Positions 8,055 to 17,757 of a stretch of DNA of 64,000 bases are shown here, piece by piece; the stretch's first letter is position 1, and each line of letters opens with the position of its first letter. The position numbers and the translations under genes are program-made. Below the pieces are notes generated by a model. It ran no database searches. It had not been told where the DNA came from and saw only the letters and a list, made by a program, of their open reading frames with translations. The DNA is from an uncultured virus (IMG/VR IMGVR_UViG_3300020048_000013). Lineage: Duplodnaviria; Heunggongvirae; Uroviricota; Caudoviricetes. The stretch lies in the IMG/VR virus record IMGVR_UViG_3300020048_000013. One strand, given 5' to 3'.

Positions 8055-9754
8055 ATATACAACCAATCATCGTTTATATCTAAATACTCTACTATAGAAT
8101 CTGCTATTATTTCATTATCAGAATTATCTCTTTTGGATTCTTTCATTATAGCATCAACAACATCATCTAAATTTTTCCAAGGTATTGTGTTTGGCAAATC
8201 GCTATTATGAACACAACGCCTCCCCATCAAACCCAATTCTATAACAGTATTAGACAATCCGTCATGAGTCGTCAATCTAACTCCAATAAAACAATTTTTA
8301 TAAATTTCATATAATTCTTTTTTTGATAATTTTGTAGGACTGTCTATGTGAATAATTTTAAAAGGAATTTTTTTCTGAATTTCGTTGATATATTTTGCTC
8401 CATGTTTTTCCAATTTGCCATAAAAATAAACTTCTTTTCCCAACAGTTCGACATTTTTTTTGGCAGTTGTTGGTGTTATTGGTAGTAGTTCAGAAACTAT
8501 TCCAACAGAACTTAATGATTTTTGAATAAATATAGATTTTGCTATATGATTTGTATCATTTAATTTTTTTATATCTTCTAAAAATCTTTTAGTAGTGCTT
8601 AATTTGTTAGCATCGTTTCCACACCAAACTATAATTTTTTTTCCTTTATGATTTTTTATAGCATCCAAGTCAAATTTATTATACAATCCATTAAATATTG
8701 ATGGTTCGTTGATGTCATTATAATTATTTAATTTATATTTTTCTAATAGTTGTTTTTTAAAATGAGATACTGCAGTAGAAACATATATCTGATTTACTCT
8801 TTGTTTTTTTATCATTTTTTTACTATTATCTATTTTTAATTTATAATTTTTAATGTTGTTTTCTTTAATTTCATTTATTTCGGATGTTAGCTGTTTTTTA
8901 TTATTAAAAAAATAATTTGTAATTTTTCCTTTTTTAATATTAATTATATATGGCGTGCTCACAATATCAAATTTCGAATTATTAATATATGGAATCAAAT
9001 CAGAAAAATTTATATTCGTATTGAATATTTTATTCCATTTATCAGTAATTTTTTTTCTTATAACATCTTTATATAATTTTCTAGCGTCTGTTAAAGTAGA
9101 ATTTTCTTTTGGTTGTGATTCTATCATAATTAAAGGAGTATAATAATAAACATTAAAACCGCTAAGAAATAAACGTATAGACATATCACAATTTTGCATT
9201 AAATTATGTTCCGAATCATAATAAAATTCTTTATCGTCTAATTTTTTAAAATTTCTAAATATATATAATCCCTCACTATATCCAAAAAAACTATATATAA
9301 ATTGAATTTCGGTTGTGTTATTAGTACTACTATAAGTATAATATTTCAAAGAAAGAACTCCCACATTTTGAGTATATAAATTGTATAATATTTCTGTCTT
9401 ATATTCTTTTATAGTTTTAATAAAATTTTTATCCAATATAATATCATTATCCAAAAATAAACAATAGTCTTCATCAGATTTATAAAAATGTTCTTTCAAT
9501 TTATTTCTAGCTAAATTTGGAGTTAGTAATATATCATTATTAATTATATACTCTATTCTGGGATGTTTATAAAATTCGTCAGGATTATAAAATTGAGCTA
9601 ATATTATAACTTTTACATGATTATCAAAATTTTTTAATATCCATTTAATCTGATTATTATGCAATTCTTTTCTATAATTGACTAATTCTATATTTTCTCT
9701 ATCGCCAAACCACGAAATTATATATACTGTTTTAAAAAACATAAATTTCAACAT
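8051..9754 (-). CDS. Two-domain glycosyltransferase (GT-A N-terminus, GT-B-like C-terminus)
   Basis: CLFLDNDII; C-terminal WCGND and RLTTHDGLSNTVIELGLMGR. Confidence 0.75.
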   Translation of the reverse strand: MLKFMFFKTVYIISWFGDRENIELVNYRKELHNNQIKWILKNFDNHVKVIILAQFYNPDEFYKHPRIEYIINNDILLTPNLARNKLKEHFYKSDEDYCLFLDNDIILDKNFIKTIKEYKTEILYNLYTQNVGVLSLKYYTYSSTNNTTEIQFIYSFFGYSEGLYIFRNFKKLDDKEFYYDSEHNLMQNCDMSIRLFLSGFNVYYYTPLIMIESQPKENSTLTDARKLYKDVIRKKITDKWNKIFNTNINFSDLIPYINNSKFDIVSTPYIINIKKGKITNYFFNNKKQLTSEINEIKENNIKNYKLKIDNSKKMIKKQRVNQIYVSTAVSHFKKQLLEKYKLNNYNDINEPSIFNGLYNKFDLDAIKNHKGKKIIVWCGNDANKLSTTKRFLEDIKKLNDTNHIAKSIFIQKSLSSVGIVSELLPITPTTAKKNVELLGKEVYFYGKLEKHGAKYINEIQKKIPFKIIHIDSPTKLSKKELYEIYKNCFIGVRLTTHDGLSNTVIELGLMGRRCVHNSDLPNTIPWKNLDDVVDAIMKESKRDNSDNEIIADSIVEYLDINDDWLYI

Positions 9755-9945
9755 CCCATTATTGTTTTATGTGGCAAATCGGCATCTTCATTATTCGACC
9801 AATCATAATCTTTGATTTTTTTATTGCCAATAATATTATCAATTTTGTCTCTGAGTTCTTGTAGTTCTTCTAAAGTAAATTTATGTTTTACTTTATCGAT
9901 TTCCATTGTAATTAAAAATTCTCCCTTCATAATACTATCCTCCAT
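9748..9945 (-). CDS. Hypothetical protein
   Basis: ORF overlapping both neighbours. Confidence 0.55.
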   Translation of the reverse strand: MEDSIMKGEFLITMEIDKVKHKFTLEELQELRDKIDNIIGNKKIKDYDWSNNEDADLPHKTIMGC

Positions 9946-10340
9946 TCAGCATTAATAAACTGTTCTTTTATTTCATCTTTGCTATCTATATTTATATTTT
10001 CTCGTTCTATAAAAATAGGTTTTTTGTATTTTATACTAACTATATATCTCGTAGGATGTTCTCTATCTATACTAACTATTCCTTCGTAATAAGTCTCAGA
10101 TAAAACATCTTCCAATATCGTTTTTGGATCCATTTTATGCATTTTATCCTTAGACCATCCTTCCAAAATTTCATTATATACATCAATAACAGATTTTTGA
10201 CATTCTTCTGTCACGACTGGAGATAAATACCATTTTTTATCGTGAGTATTATTCCATTCCTCTATAATTTTGTTTGGAGCTTGTCTCCATGGTTCTTCAT
10301 CAATAACATCTTCTTTATACCTCTTTTTCAATTTCACCAT
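9927..10340 (-). CDS. Hypothetical protein
   Basis: 137 aa, SD AAGGAG. Confidence 0.65.
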   Translation of the reverse strand: MVKLKKRYKEDVIDEEPWRQAPNKIIEEWNNTHDKKWYLSPVVTEECQKSVIDVYNEILEGWSKDKMHKMDPKTILEDVLSETYYEGIVSIDREHPTRYIVSIKYKKPIFIERENINIDSKDEIKEQFINAEWRIVL

Positions 10341-10357
10341 TCATTTCTCCTTTTAAT

Positions 10358-11299
10358 TTAAAAATCTCCTTTTCCATCTTCTGTAACATATGGTGTTTGG
10401 TTTACGTTCAAAGTAAATAATCCCAAAGAAACCCATTTCTCAAGCACACGAGGACGGTCATCGATTACAAAATGAACATTATATTTTCCTTTTATATGTT
10501 CGTTATATAATTCTTCTTTAATAATATCGTCTTTTCTATGATCTCCTGCTTTTCTCATATATAATTTATTATAAGCCACAAGATTTTTATCAAGCCATTT
10601 TTCTGTTTCTTCTCTGCACGAATCCTGTCTTCCCGACATTAAAATAATTTCTAATTTTTTTTCTCCTATTTTAGCCATTTCATTATAAAAATGAATTAAA
10701 GAAAGCAAATATATAGTAGAAAAAATAGGAGAATCTCCGCCAACAGATTGTTCATCAAAAGTTCTTCTATTGCATGAATTTGCTAAAGTTCCGTCAATAT
10801 CACATATTATGCAATAAGGCAATGATTTATCTTCGACAACATGAACTTTAGAATTTTCAATCATCTTCTTCAATTCTATTTCATATTTTCTCCACGTTCT
10901 TTTAAGAATTGCTTCTCCCAACGAATCTGGTCTGTTTTTATCTCTACTGATGGCTTCCGATAATGTTATAGGAAAATACTTAAATTCGAAAGATGTATTA
11001 GAAGATACTGCGTGCGAAATAAAATCAATATAATCATTAACATATTTCTCGTTTAAATTCATATTATCGATAATTACATTATATCCGCCTCTAATAAAAC
11101 GAGCAATCAAATCTCTTTCTATGTAAGTAACTTGATCTTCGTTTTTATCATTCATAACATAACCATTAATCATTCTGCGAATTTCGTCTCTGTTTATTCT
11201 TCTATAATCAGGATTATCGAGTATGAATTGTTTTGCCCAGGTGCTTTTTCCTGAAGCTTGCATTCCGATTGTAAATATGATATTAATAGGTTTATTCAT
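10358..11299 (-). CDS. pseT: Polynucleotide 5'-kinase/3'-phosphatase
   Basis: P-loop GMQASGKST, NRDEIR; HAD motifs DIDGTL, SGR, IDDRP. Confidence 0.95.
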   Translation of the reverse strand: MNKPINIIFTIGMQASGKSTWAKQFILDNPDYRRINRDEIRRMINGYVMNDKNEDQVTYIERDLIARFIRGGYNVIIDNMNLNEKYVNDYIDFISHAVSSNTSFEFKYFPITLSEAISRDKNRPDSLGEAILKRTWRKYEIELKKMIENSKVHVVEDKSLPYCIICDIDGTLANSCNRRTFDEQSVGGDSPIFSTIYLLSLIHFYNEMAKIGEKKLEIILMSGRQDSCREETEKWLDKNLVAYNKLYMRKAGDHRKDDIIKEELYNEHIKGKYNVHFVIDDRPRVLEKWVSLGLFTLNVNQTPYVTEDGKGDF

Positions 11300-11300
11300 T

Positions 11301-11597
11301 TTATCTCTCCTTTCTTATTTTGGCTGTAATGTTACATCCTTTAAATCTACTAACCCAAATGACTTCCATACCAGCAGGAAGATATTTATTCATCTTTCCT
11401 AAAAGTTTTCTGAATCTTCTTACTGTTCTACATGGCTGATGGGTACTATAATTTCCCGAATATTTTTTTGTGTCTGTTATCCAAATTTTAAAATCTTCAT
11501 TATACCAATAATCCACACGTTTTGGAATTGGATCTAAAATTGTTATACCACAACCTCTATATCTCGGTCTAATTCCTTTTGGTCTTTCATATTTCAT
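11301..11597 (-). CDS. Hypothetical basic protein
   Basis: 98 aa, SD AAGGAG. Confidence 0.7.
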   Translation of the reverse strand: MKYERPKGIRPRYRGCGITILDPIPKRVDYWYNEDFKIWITDTKKYSGNYSTHQPCRTVRRFRKLLGKMNKYLPAGMEVIWVSRFKGCNITAKIRKER

Positions 11598-11622
11598 TTT
11601 ATCTCTCCTTTAATTTGATAGA

Positions 11623-11651
11623 AATATAATTAATTATTTTATCAATGTCAA
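11623..11651 (-). promoter_or_regulatory. Sigma70-type promoter
   Basis: TTGACA-N17-TATATT. Confidence 0.7.
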
Positions 11652-11652
11652 G

Positions 11653-12285
11653 TTAAATTTTATCAAAATAATCATCATTTTTACTACCAAAAGCACAATT
11701 CAATACATGTAATCCAACTTCAGGTTCAACACAATTTCTTAAAATCTGCCTTTTGTTTTTGATATCATACTTACTCAAATCTATAAGTTTTCTATCCTGT
11801 AAACTATCTACAGTTCCATCTCTATGATTTCTATTTCCGTGATTAATTGGTAATATTTCAAAATTACTCCACCATAAATGTCCTCCTGTTTTTGTGGCTT
11901 TAATAAGAGGTTCATAATATGGAATAGTATTCTCAACAACCCACAAACCAGAATAATATTTTTGAAGTAAAATTATTTCTTCGTATAATTTCATATCTGG
12001 ATATTTAGCATCAACTTTTTTATATTTTCGATTTGCTAAATATCCAATATTATATCTTATCTGACTATGTGTTTGACATGGAGGCGAACTCCATATAAAA
12101 TCAAATTCTGAAAAATGTTGTAGTAAATATTCGTGAGCATCCGTTATTATTACTTCGTCATCGGGAAATAGATCTTTATATACATCAGCAATTTCTTTAT
12201 CAAATTCTATAGCAGTAATTTTATGATTATTACCCCACAATTTTCTATTTCCTCCAACACCAGAATACAAATTTAGTATTTTCAT
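11653..12285 (-). CDS. DNA cytosine-C5 methyltransferase (short phage type)
   Basis: LYSGVGG motif I, SPPCQ catalytic motif, VVEN, LRNCV. Confidence 0.9.
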   Translation of the reverse strand: MKILNLYSGVGGNRKLWGNNHKITAIEFDKEIADVYKDLFPDDEVIITDAHEYLLQHFSEFDFIWSSPPCQTHSQIRYNIGYLANRKYKKVDAKYPDMKLYEEIILLQKYYSGLWVVENTIPYYEPLIKATKTGGHLWWSNFEILPINHGNRNHRDGTVDSLQDRKLIDLSKYDIKNKRQILRNCVEPEVGLHVLNCAFGSKNDDYFDKI

Positions 12286-12554
12286 AATTTTATTGTATAA
12301 TTACAAGATTGTTCAACATCATTTGAATTTACTATTATTGTGTCACCGCTGGTGGTCACATAATCACATGGATTATATGTAGGATTGGCATATATTGGAT
12401 ATTCCACCACTCTTTGATATGGCACATATACAGTATTATTTTCCTTTTCGAAAATTGTTCTCAATTCATTATACAATTTTTCTGCTTCTTCTTTCGAAAG
12501 AACTATTTTATCGTAGCCTTTTTCAATAGTTATTTCTGTTTTAATACTCATCAT
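12282..12554 (-). CDS. Hypothetical protein
   Basis: 90-aa ORF, translationally coupled. Confidence 0.6.
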   Translation of the reverse strand: MMSIKTEITIEKGYDKIVLSKEEAEKLYNELRTIFEKENNTVYVPYQRVVEYPIYANPTYNPCDYVTTSGDTIIVNSNDVEQSCNYTIKL

Positions 12555-12555
12555 T

Positions 12556-13080
12556 TTATTTTTCCTTTTTTATATTTTTAACTCTATTATGACATGTATG
12601 CACATTTCCACAATTAGTACAAGTAACACTATTAAAGTCTTTGAATTCTGATTCCTTGCCTTCTACTAAAGGATATCCCATTAAAGTAGTAATGCCGCCT
12701 TCCGACCCGCACTTAGGACAACATTCGTGTTCTTTATAATAAACATCCATATATTCGTGATATTTCTTCGATGATTCTTCGGTATGTTGTAACGGAATAT
12801 AAGGAGCATAAAATACTCCATGATCGATATTATTATCCTTGCCACGAACTACATTTAATTTTTTTAATTCCAAATCCATTTCATACTGAAGAATTTTAAA
12901 TAATCCTTCTTGAGCATTCATACCATGAACGGCTTTCAAATCCTGATACATTTCGTCAGTATAAACCATTTTTAATTTACGAATTGGTCTGAATGTAATC
13001 CATCTCCAAAAACGATATAATTTCGTTTTTATCAATGATACTTTTTCCATTTTTAATTTTATTGTTTTCCATTCATTCAT
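12556..13080 (-). CDS. Miniature gp23 (major capsid)-like protein fused to a zinc ribbon
   Basis: RKLKMVYTDEMYQDLKAVHGMNA and GVFYAPYIPL resemble T4 gp23 RQLKAAYSIELAQDLRAVHGMDA and GIYYAPYVAL; C-terminal CPKC...CTNC. Confidence 0.75.
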   Translation of the reverse strand: MNEWKTIKLKMEKVSLIKTKLYRFWRWITFRPIRKLKMVYTDEMYQDLKAVHGMNAQEGLFKILQYEMDLELKKLNVVRGKDNNIDHGVFYAPYIPLQHTEESSKKYHEYMDVYYKEHECCPKCGSEGGITTLMGYPLVEGKESEFKDFNSVTCTNCGNVHTCHNRVKNIKKEK

Positions 13081-13631
13081 TTTATATTTCCTTCTTTCGT
13101 TTCTTCATAGATACCTATAAAAATTAAAAAATTTACAAGACAAGATTCGCAATAATATAAAATTGTTCTACTACCTTTTTTGAATTTATCTAAAACTTTT
13201 TTCATAAACTCTTTCATTATATTATGTTTGCCTATTTTTTTAACTTTTTCACAAAATTCATATGTTGGGTCATCTTTCGGATTATCGTATTTGATATCTA
13301 CTTGATATTCTTCGCCATCCACCATAGCAACCATATTCGGTACTGTATTTTCATCTACTTTATATGTAGATGTTACAGTCTGGCTTGTTTGTGAAGTTTC
13401 TTCTTTTGGAAACCAGTAATTTTCTCCTTCAACTCTACTATACCCACCACCTTGATATTTTTCTTTTAATTTTCTGGTATATAGTTCGGCTTCTATTTTA
13501 GACATTCTTCTATCATAATCTTTTCGCATTTCTGTCTGTTCGTCTGTCCCCAATTCTTCTTCCAATCGTCTAATATATGCCCTTAAATCATCATTTTTTA
13601 TTGTTGTTGCATATTCATCACGTAAATTCAT
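13077..13631 (-). CDS. Hypothetical protein
   Basis: 184-aa ORF with SD. Confidence 0.65.
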   Translation of the reverse strand: MNLRDEYATTIKNDDLRAYIRRLEEELGTDEQTEMRKDYDRRMSKIEAELYTRKLKEKYQGGGYSRVEGENYWFPKEETSQTSQTVTSTYKVDENTVPNMVAMVDGEEYQVDIKYDNPKDDPTYEFCEKVKKIGKHNIMKEFMKKVLDKFKKGSRTILYYCESCLVNFLIFIGIYEETKEGNIK

Positions 13632-13642
13632 GTTTATCCTTT

Positions 13643-13954
13643 TTATACAAAATAATTTTTAAAAGATTGATATAGATTTTTAGTTTCTACTATATCTACT
13701 GATATTTTTGATAAAACTTCTGCCGATAATTTAAATGCATCGTCTGTTCTCAATTCTTTCATACAATTCATTAAATCTATATTCGTTGGTCTTTTTTCAA
13801 ATCCAGCAACATGATATATACATTTTTCTTCTTCTATATAATATACAGAACACCAATCCATTTTATTTGTCGAAAGTAACTCCAAAATTCCTTTCCATTT
13901 CACTCCTCTATCAGTATGACTTTTATAAAAATTATCATATAAATCTTTTGTCAT
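13643..13954 (-). CDS. Hypothetical protein
   Basis: 103-aa ORF with SD. Confidence 0.65.
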   Translation of the reverse strand: MTKDLYDNFYKSHTDRGVKWKGILELLSTNKMDWCSVYYIEEEKCIYHVAGFEKRPTNIDLMNCMKELRTDDAFKLSAEVLSKISVDIVETKNLYQSFKNYFV

Positions 13955-13996
13955 TTTATTTCCTCTATTTAATTAATTTTTATCCACAACACTCGT

Positions 13997-14500
13997 TCAT
14001 CTGTTTATAATGATGCTATTTTGATCTATTATCTCTTGTAGATCTTCGATGATTGTTTTAACTCGACTAACGCATCCATCATAGTAATTATATATTTCTT
14101 TATTTTGACTATGATAATCTCTCGTAATCTCATCTGATTTCAATATAGTTTCCCATATCTTTTTTTTCTCTTGAAGACGGTCTATAACATTCGAAAAAGA
14201 CGGATGGTTTGGCAAGCGTTCTTGATCTTTTTTAGACATTTCAAATATATATGTATCTAATCTGTTAATTGCATATCCTATAAGTATTTTATCATGAATT
14301 TCATATCCTTCATGCAATTCTTTTTGTATAAACTTTAAATCTTCATCCACCTTAACATCATCATTTTTTTCGCCAACATTACTTATTGGTCGCGGAATTT
14401 CTTGATATAAATCATCTGTCAATTTACTTTCGCCTTTGATTATCCGAGTTGTTATTTCTAAAGCCTTTTTTGCTTGTTCTTCCATGTATGGATCATTCAT
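13997..14500 (-). CDS. Hypothetical protein (probable start MNDPY)
   Basis: SD AAGGA upstream of ATG 14500. Confidence 0.6.
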   Translation of the reverse strand: MNDPYMEEQAKKALEITTRIIKGESKLTDDLYQEIPRPISNVGEKNDDVKVDEDLKFIQKELHEGYEIHDKILIGYAINRLDTYIFEMSKKDQERLPNHPSFSNVIDRLQEKKKIWETILKSDEITRDYHSQNKEIYNYYDGCVSRVKTIIEDLQEIIDQNSIIINR

Positions 14501-14513
14501 TTTTATTTTCCTT

Positions 14514-14681
14514 TCATACTTCTGAAAACACACAATCAAAATATTTATCATATGCATCAGTGACATCATCCCACTTATCTGTAATAAATTCGTCAACCAT
14601 TATATAATCTGCGTCACCAAAACAAACTACTTTAACTTTTCCATATTTTTGAAATATTTCTTTAGCTCTTAATAATGTCAT
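14514..14681 (-). CDS. Small hypothetical protein missing from the ORF track (55 aa, MTLLRAKEIF...)
   Basis: SD GAGGAG, fills the gap between neighbours. Confidence 0.6.
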   Translation of the reverse strand: MTLLRAKEIFQKYGKVKVVCFGDADYIMVDEFITDKWDDVTDAYDKYFDCVFSEV

Positions 14682-14682
14682 T

Positions 14683-14988
14683 TTAAACTCCTCTAATTAT
14701 TTCATTAATTAAAAAATCTGCCATATTTTTAATATCACTAATTTTTACTGCGACAGACTCACAAATTTTATCCATTTTTCGTATTGATACTTCTCCATTT
14801 CTTATAGTATATGAAGTACCATATAAATCATCTTTATACCAAACCCTAACCGTATCATAAATATTAGTGTTACTATGAAAAGATTCGAAATTTACTTCAC
14901 AAACAAAATTTTTATGTTTTTTAGATTTTTCTATAAACTCATTATATAATGTATCATTTTTATATGTATCGTCTTTGGTTATAACCAC
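14683..14988 (-). CDS. Hypothetical protein
   Basis: GTG start with GGAGG SD. Confidence 0.6.
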   Translation of the reverse strand: MVITKDDTYKNDTLYNEFIEKSKKHKNFVCEVNFESFHSNTNIYDTVRVWYKDDLYGTSYTIRNGEVSIRKMDKICESVAVKISDIKNMADFLINEIIRGV

Positions 14989-15290
14989 AAGTCCTCCATA
15001 ACAATACCCCTTTCATAAAGCATATCATCATACTTATCGCATAATTTATCGAGATAATTATATATTGCTTTATTTTTTACTTTTTCTACAGAAGCTTGCG
15101 AATCAAACATTGGATCGCCCATTTCTTTATATTCTACCTCTAATCGTGTAAATTCGCTTTCCATAAATTCTCTAAAATCATTAATAAATTTACACATATC
15201 AAATGATTTCACTGCTCTTTTTATATCTTCTTCTGAATTTACAAAAAGAGTCATTGGCGATTCATTATTGTTTACACAACAATTTTTCAT
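14979..15290 (-). CDS. Hypothetical protein
   Basis: SD AAGGAG. Confidence 0.6.
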   Translation of the reverse strand: MKNCCVNNNESPMTLFVNSEEDIKRAVKSFDMCKFINDFREFMESEFTRLEVEYKEMGDPMFDSQASVEKVKNKAIYNYLDKLCDKYDDMLYERGIVMEDLWL

Positions 15291-15292
15291 AT

Positions 15293-15661
15293 TTACTCCT
15301 TTTTTTCATTTTCAATTCTATTTTTTGTATAAATCATGGCACATAAATTAAAACAGACAGCCGCTGCGTGATCTTCGTCATCTTCTTCACAGAAAACCTG
15401 AATACAATGTCTCAATGCACTCGCTTTAAATCTGTCATATTCTTCTTTAGAACAAGCCTTTTCCCAATTTCTTTCGGAATATTTTTCTGCACCTCTACTC
15501 ATAAGAGTAGCCCAACGATATAACAATGTTTCGTTATATGGTTGATTTTCGGGTATAATTAAATCGAATCTGGGTTTATTGTTCTGCGGTTCTCGCATCA
15601 TACCGCTATCATAATACTGTCTCGTGCCATCGTCCTTCGTTTCATACTCTACCATAATCAT
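15293..15661 (-). CDS. dATP/dGTP diphosphohydrolase-like protein (DUF5664-type)
   Basis: KPRFDLI...GAEKYSERNWEK...ALRH...EDHAAAVCFN. Confidence 0.8.
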   Translation of the reverse strand: MIMVEYETKDDGTRQYYDSGMMREPQNNKPRFDLIIPENQPYNETLLYRWATLMSRGAEKYSERNWEKACSKEEYDRFKASALRHCIQVFCEEDDEDHAAAVCFNLCAMIYTKNRIENEKKE

Positions 15662-15999
15662 CCTTTTTTAATATTATATATTCTCTTGGAAAAATCATCT
15701 ACTTCTAATGGTAAATGAGATTTGTCAGGCGCACTCATGGAACATCTTTCGCATTCTCTAACGCACCATTTATTTGGAAATTCTGTATTACTTTCGGGTT
15801 TGCCATCAGACCCTTCATATGTTCCAGGATCGATAGGAGCAATATCAAGTTCGCTATCACTTAAAAAACAATAATCATCTTCATTATCTTCATCAAGAAT
15901 AATTTTTGGTCTGCTACTAATACCCCAAGCTTTTTCACATTTGCCATCACAAACAACTTTGGCATCCTGACCCATATACTTAATTATTTTTTCGAACAT
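15658..15999 (-). CDS. Cys-containing hypothetical phage protein
   Basis: CDGKCEKAWG...NKWCVRECERC; SD AAGGAG before MFEK. Confidence 0.7.
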   Translation of the reverse strand: MFEKIIKYMGQDAKVVCDGKCEKAWGISSRPKIILDEDNEDDYCFLSDSELDIAPIDPGTYEGSDGKPESNTEFPNKWCVRECERCSMSAPDKSHLPLEVDDFSKRIYNIKKG

Positions 16000-16027
16000 T
16001 ATTTTCTCCTTTTTAAGTTCACAATTA

Positions 16028-16056
16028 AATATAATAAAAAAAGGCTTATTTGTCAA
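16028..16056 (-). promoter_or_regulatory. Sigma70-type promoter overlapping a terminator
   Basis: TTGACA-N17-TATATT. Confidence 0.7.
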
Positions 16057-16066
16057 GCCTTTTTTT
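16036..16066 (-). terminator. Intrinsic terminator at the late/early boundary
   Basis: AAGGCTT-N7-AAGCCTT flanked by A and T runs. Confidence 0.7.
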
Positions 16067-16566
16067 TAAAATTCTACCATTATAGTATAATCACGAAAAT
16101 CTAAATATACCTTTTTAGGACTTATATTCCTAACTACATTATCCCATTCATATTCAATTTTAAATTCTTTTCCATTTATCAATTCGTCTGTATCGAATTT
16201 ATATTCTCCTTCTATATATTCTGATTCGGAATCTTCTTTTCCTCCAAACTTTAATAATTTAGCAATTTCACTTATAGACAAATCGTCTATCACTACTTTC
16301 CATTTTATATTAAAAGAAATTTTTGTAATATATAAATCGATATTTTTAACTCCGCTATCATCATTCTCCATATTCATATTCCATAATATTTCACAAATGG
16401 ATCCGCTATTATCAAATTTATCTTCATCTTTAAATATAAATCCTGGTAAAGCATAAAATCCATCAATATTATCAACGGCAATATTTTTAGAAATATAAGA
16501 ATTACCATCTGCTTCATTTATAATCACGGGATCGGATTCTATATAACATTCCATCAAACTTTTCAT
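16066..16566 (-). CDS. Acidic protein with putative head-targeting N-terminus
   Basis: MKSLMECYIES...IINEA. Confidence 0.6.
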   Translation of the reverse strand: MKSLMECYIESDPVIINEADGNSYISKNIAVDNIDGFYALPGFIFKDEDKFDNSGSICEILWNMNMENDDSGVKNIDLYITKISFNIKWKVVIDDLSISEIAKLLKFGGKEDSESEYIEGEYKFDTDELINGKEFKIEYEWDNVVRNISPKKVYLDFRDYTIMVEF

Positions 16567-17414
16567 TATTTTATATATCCTGTAATTTTATTAATACTCA
16601 TTCTATATCCGACTTTAAACACATTTTCATTACTAAATTTATCAAACACATCAAACTTTTTTCCAGCAGTTATGTAGAAATTTTTATAATAAAAATATCC
16701 ATGTATATTAATGAAAGGATTTTCGATATACATCAATTCTGTTTCTATTCCAGTTCTATCTAACCAAGTTTCTTTAGGTAATACATTGTTTATAACCAAC
16801 TTATATAATTCGTCGCTTAAAGTAGTATTTACTGCTTCTATAGTATCGTTTGATTGAACATATGCTATTATCGTAGAATCTTTCGGTTGATAGGTCAATG
16901 CTATCTTTAAATTGGGTTTTCTGATTATAATTTCATTCCAATGAATAAAAGATGATTTATTTTTAATATTAGCAAATGTATATCCGTCTAATTTCAATCC
17001 TTTATCTTTAAAATCCTGTTGAATATAAACTGTCGCGGTAGAATCAGTGAATTGAGAATTATATAATTGTTCTCTTAAATTTCTAATAATATCATCTTTT
17101 TGACGAATATCAATTTTCAACAATGCTACAGTGTTTTCTAATTTGTCTGCTTTATTTTTAGCTTTATCAAATAAATCTTGCAATTCTTTATTCAGTTGTT
17201 CTTGTGTTTTGACATATACTCTCAATACAGCAATAGAATCTGGTAAAAATGCCAACGAGTCTTTCAATGCTAATTCGTTTTGTTTTAAAACAGAAATAGT
17301 ATTTTGGGAACTGTGTAAATCATTTTTTAAATTACGAATAACGATAAACTGATACACAATAATACCAAGAATTATTATCGCTATTCCTAAATATATTTTC
17401 CATTTTATTGTCAT
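16566..17414 (-). CDS. Membrane-anchored coiled-coil protein (possible spanin-like)
   Basis: N-terminal TM helix followed by ~90-aa coiled coil. Confidence 0.5.
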   Translation of the reverse strand: MTIKWKIYLGIAIIILGIIVYQFIVIRNLKNDLHSSQNTISVLKQNELALKDSLAFLPDSIAVLRVYVKTQEQLNKELQDLFDKAKNKADKLENTVALLKIDIRQKDDIIRNLREQLYNSQFTDSTATVYIQQDFKDKGLKLDGYTFANIKNKSSFIHWNEIIIRKPNLKIALTYQPKDSTIIAYVQSNDTIEAVNTTLSDELYKLVINNVLPKETWLDRTGIETELMYIENPFINIHGYFYYKNFYITAGKKFDVFDKFSNENVFKVGYRMSINKITGYIK

Positions 17415-17689
17415 AATAAACTATTAATGTTATGTTCTATTACTTTTTTTAAATCTATTGTCAATTTCACTTCGATATCTTCATCTACTTTATCTAAAAC
17501 TCCCATTTTATATGAATGTAGATGATCCAACATAGAGTATATTGAATAATTTCTTATTTCGCTCATGTTTGGATTTTGTCCTAATACAAATTTTGCTATA
17601 AGATTACAAAAATGAACCAAATCTTTATCTTCATCTTCTTCTATTATATCATGACCAGATAAAATAATATACTGTTCTCTTAAATTCAT
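17411..17689 (-). CDS. Hypothetical protein with putative head-targeting N-terminus
   Basis: MNLREQYIIL...IIEE. Confidence 0.6.
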   Translation of the reverse strand: MNLREQYIILSGHDIIEEDEDKDLVHFCNLIAKFVLGQNPNMSEIRNYSIYSMLDHLHSYKMGVLDKVDEDIEVKLTIDLKKVIEHNINSLL

Positions 17690-17703
17690 ATAAACCCTTA
17701 TTT

Positions 17704-17731
17704 AAAAAATGTCGGGAAATTCCGACATTTT
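17704..17731 (-). terminator. Intrinsic terminator
   Basis: AAAATGTCGG-N6-CCGACATTTT with a U-tract on the minus strand. Confidence 0.75.
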
Positions 17732-17757
17732 ATATTTTTTAATTCTTTATATCAGAA

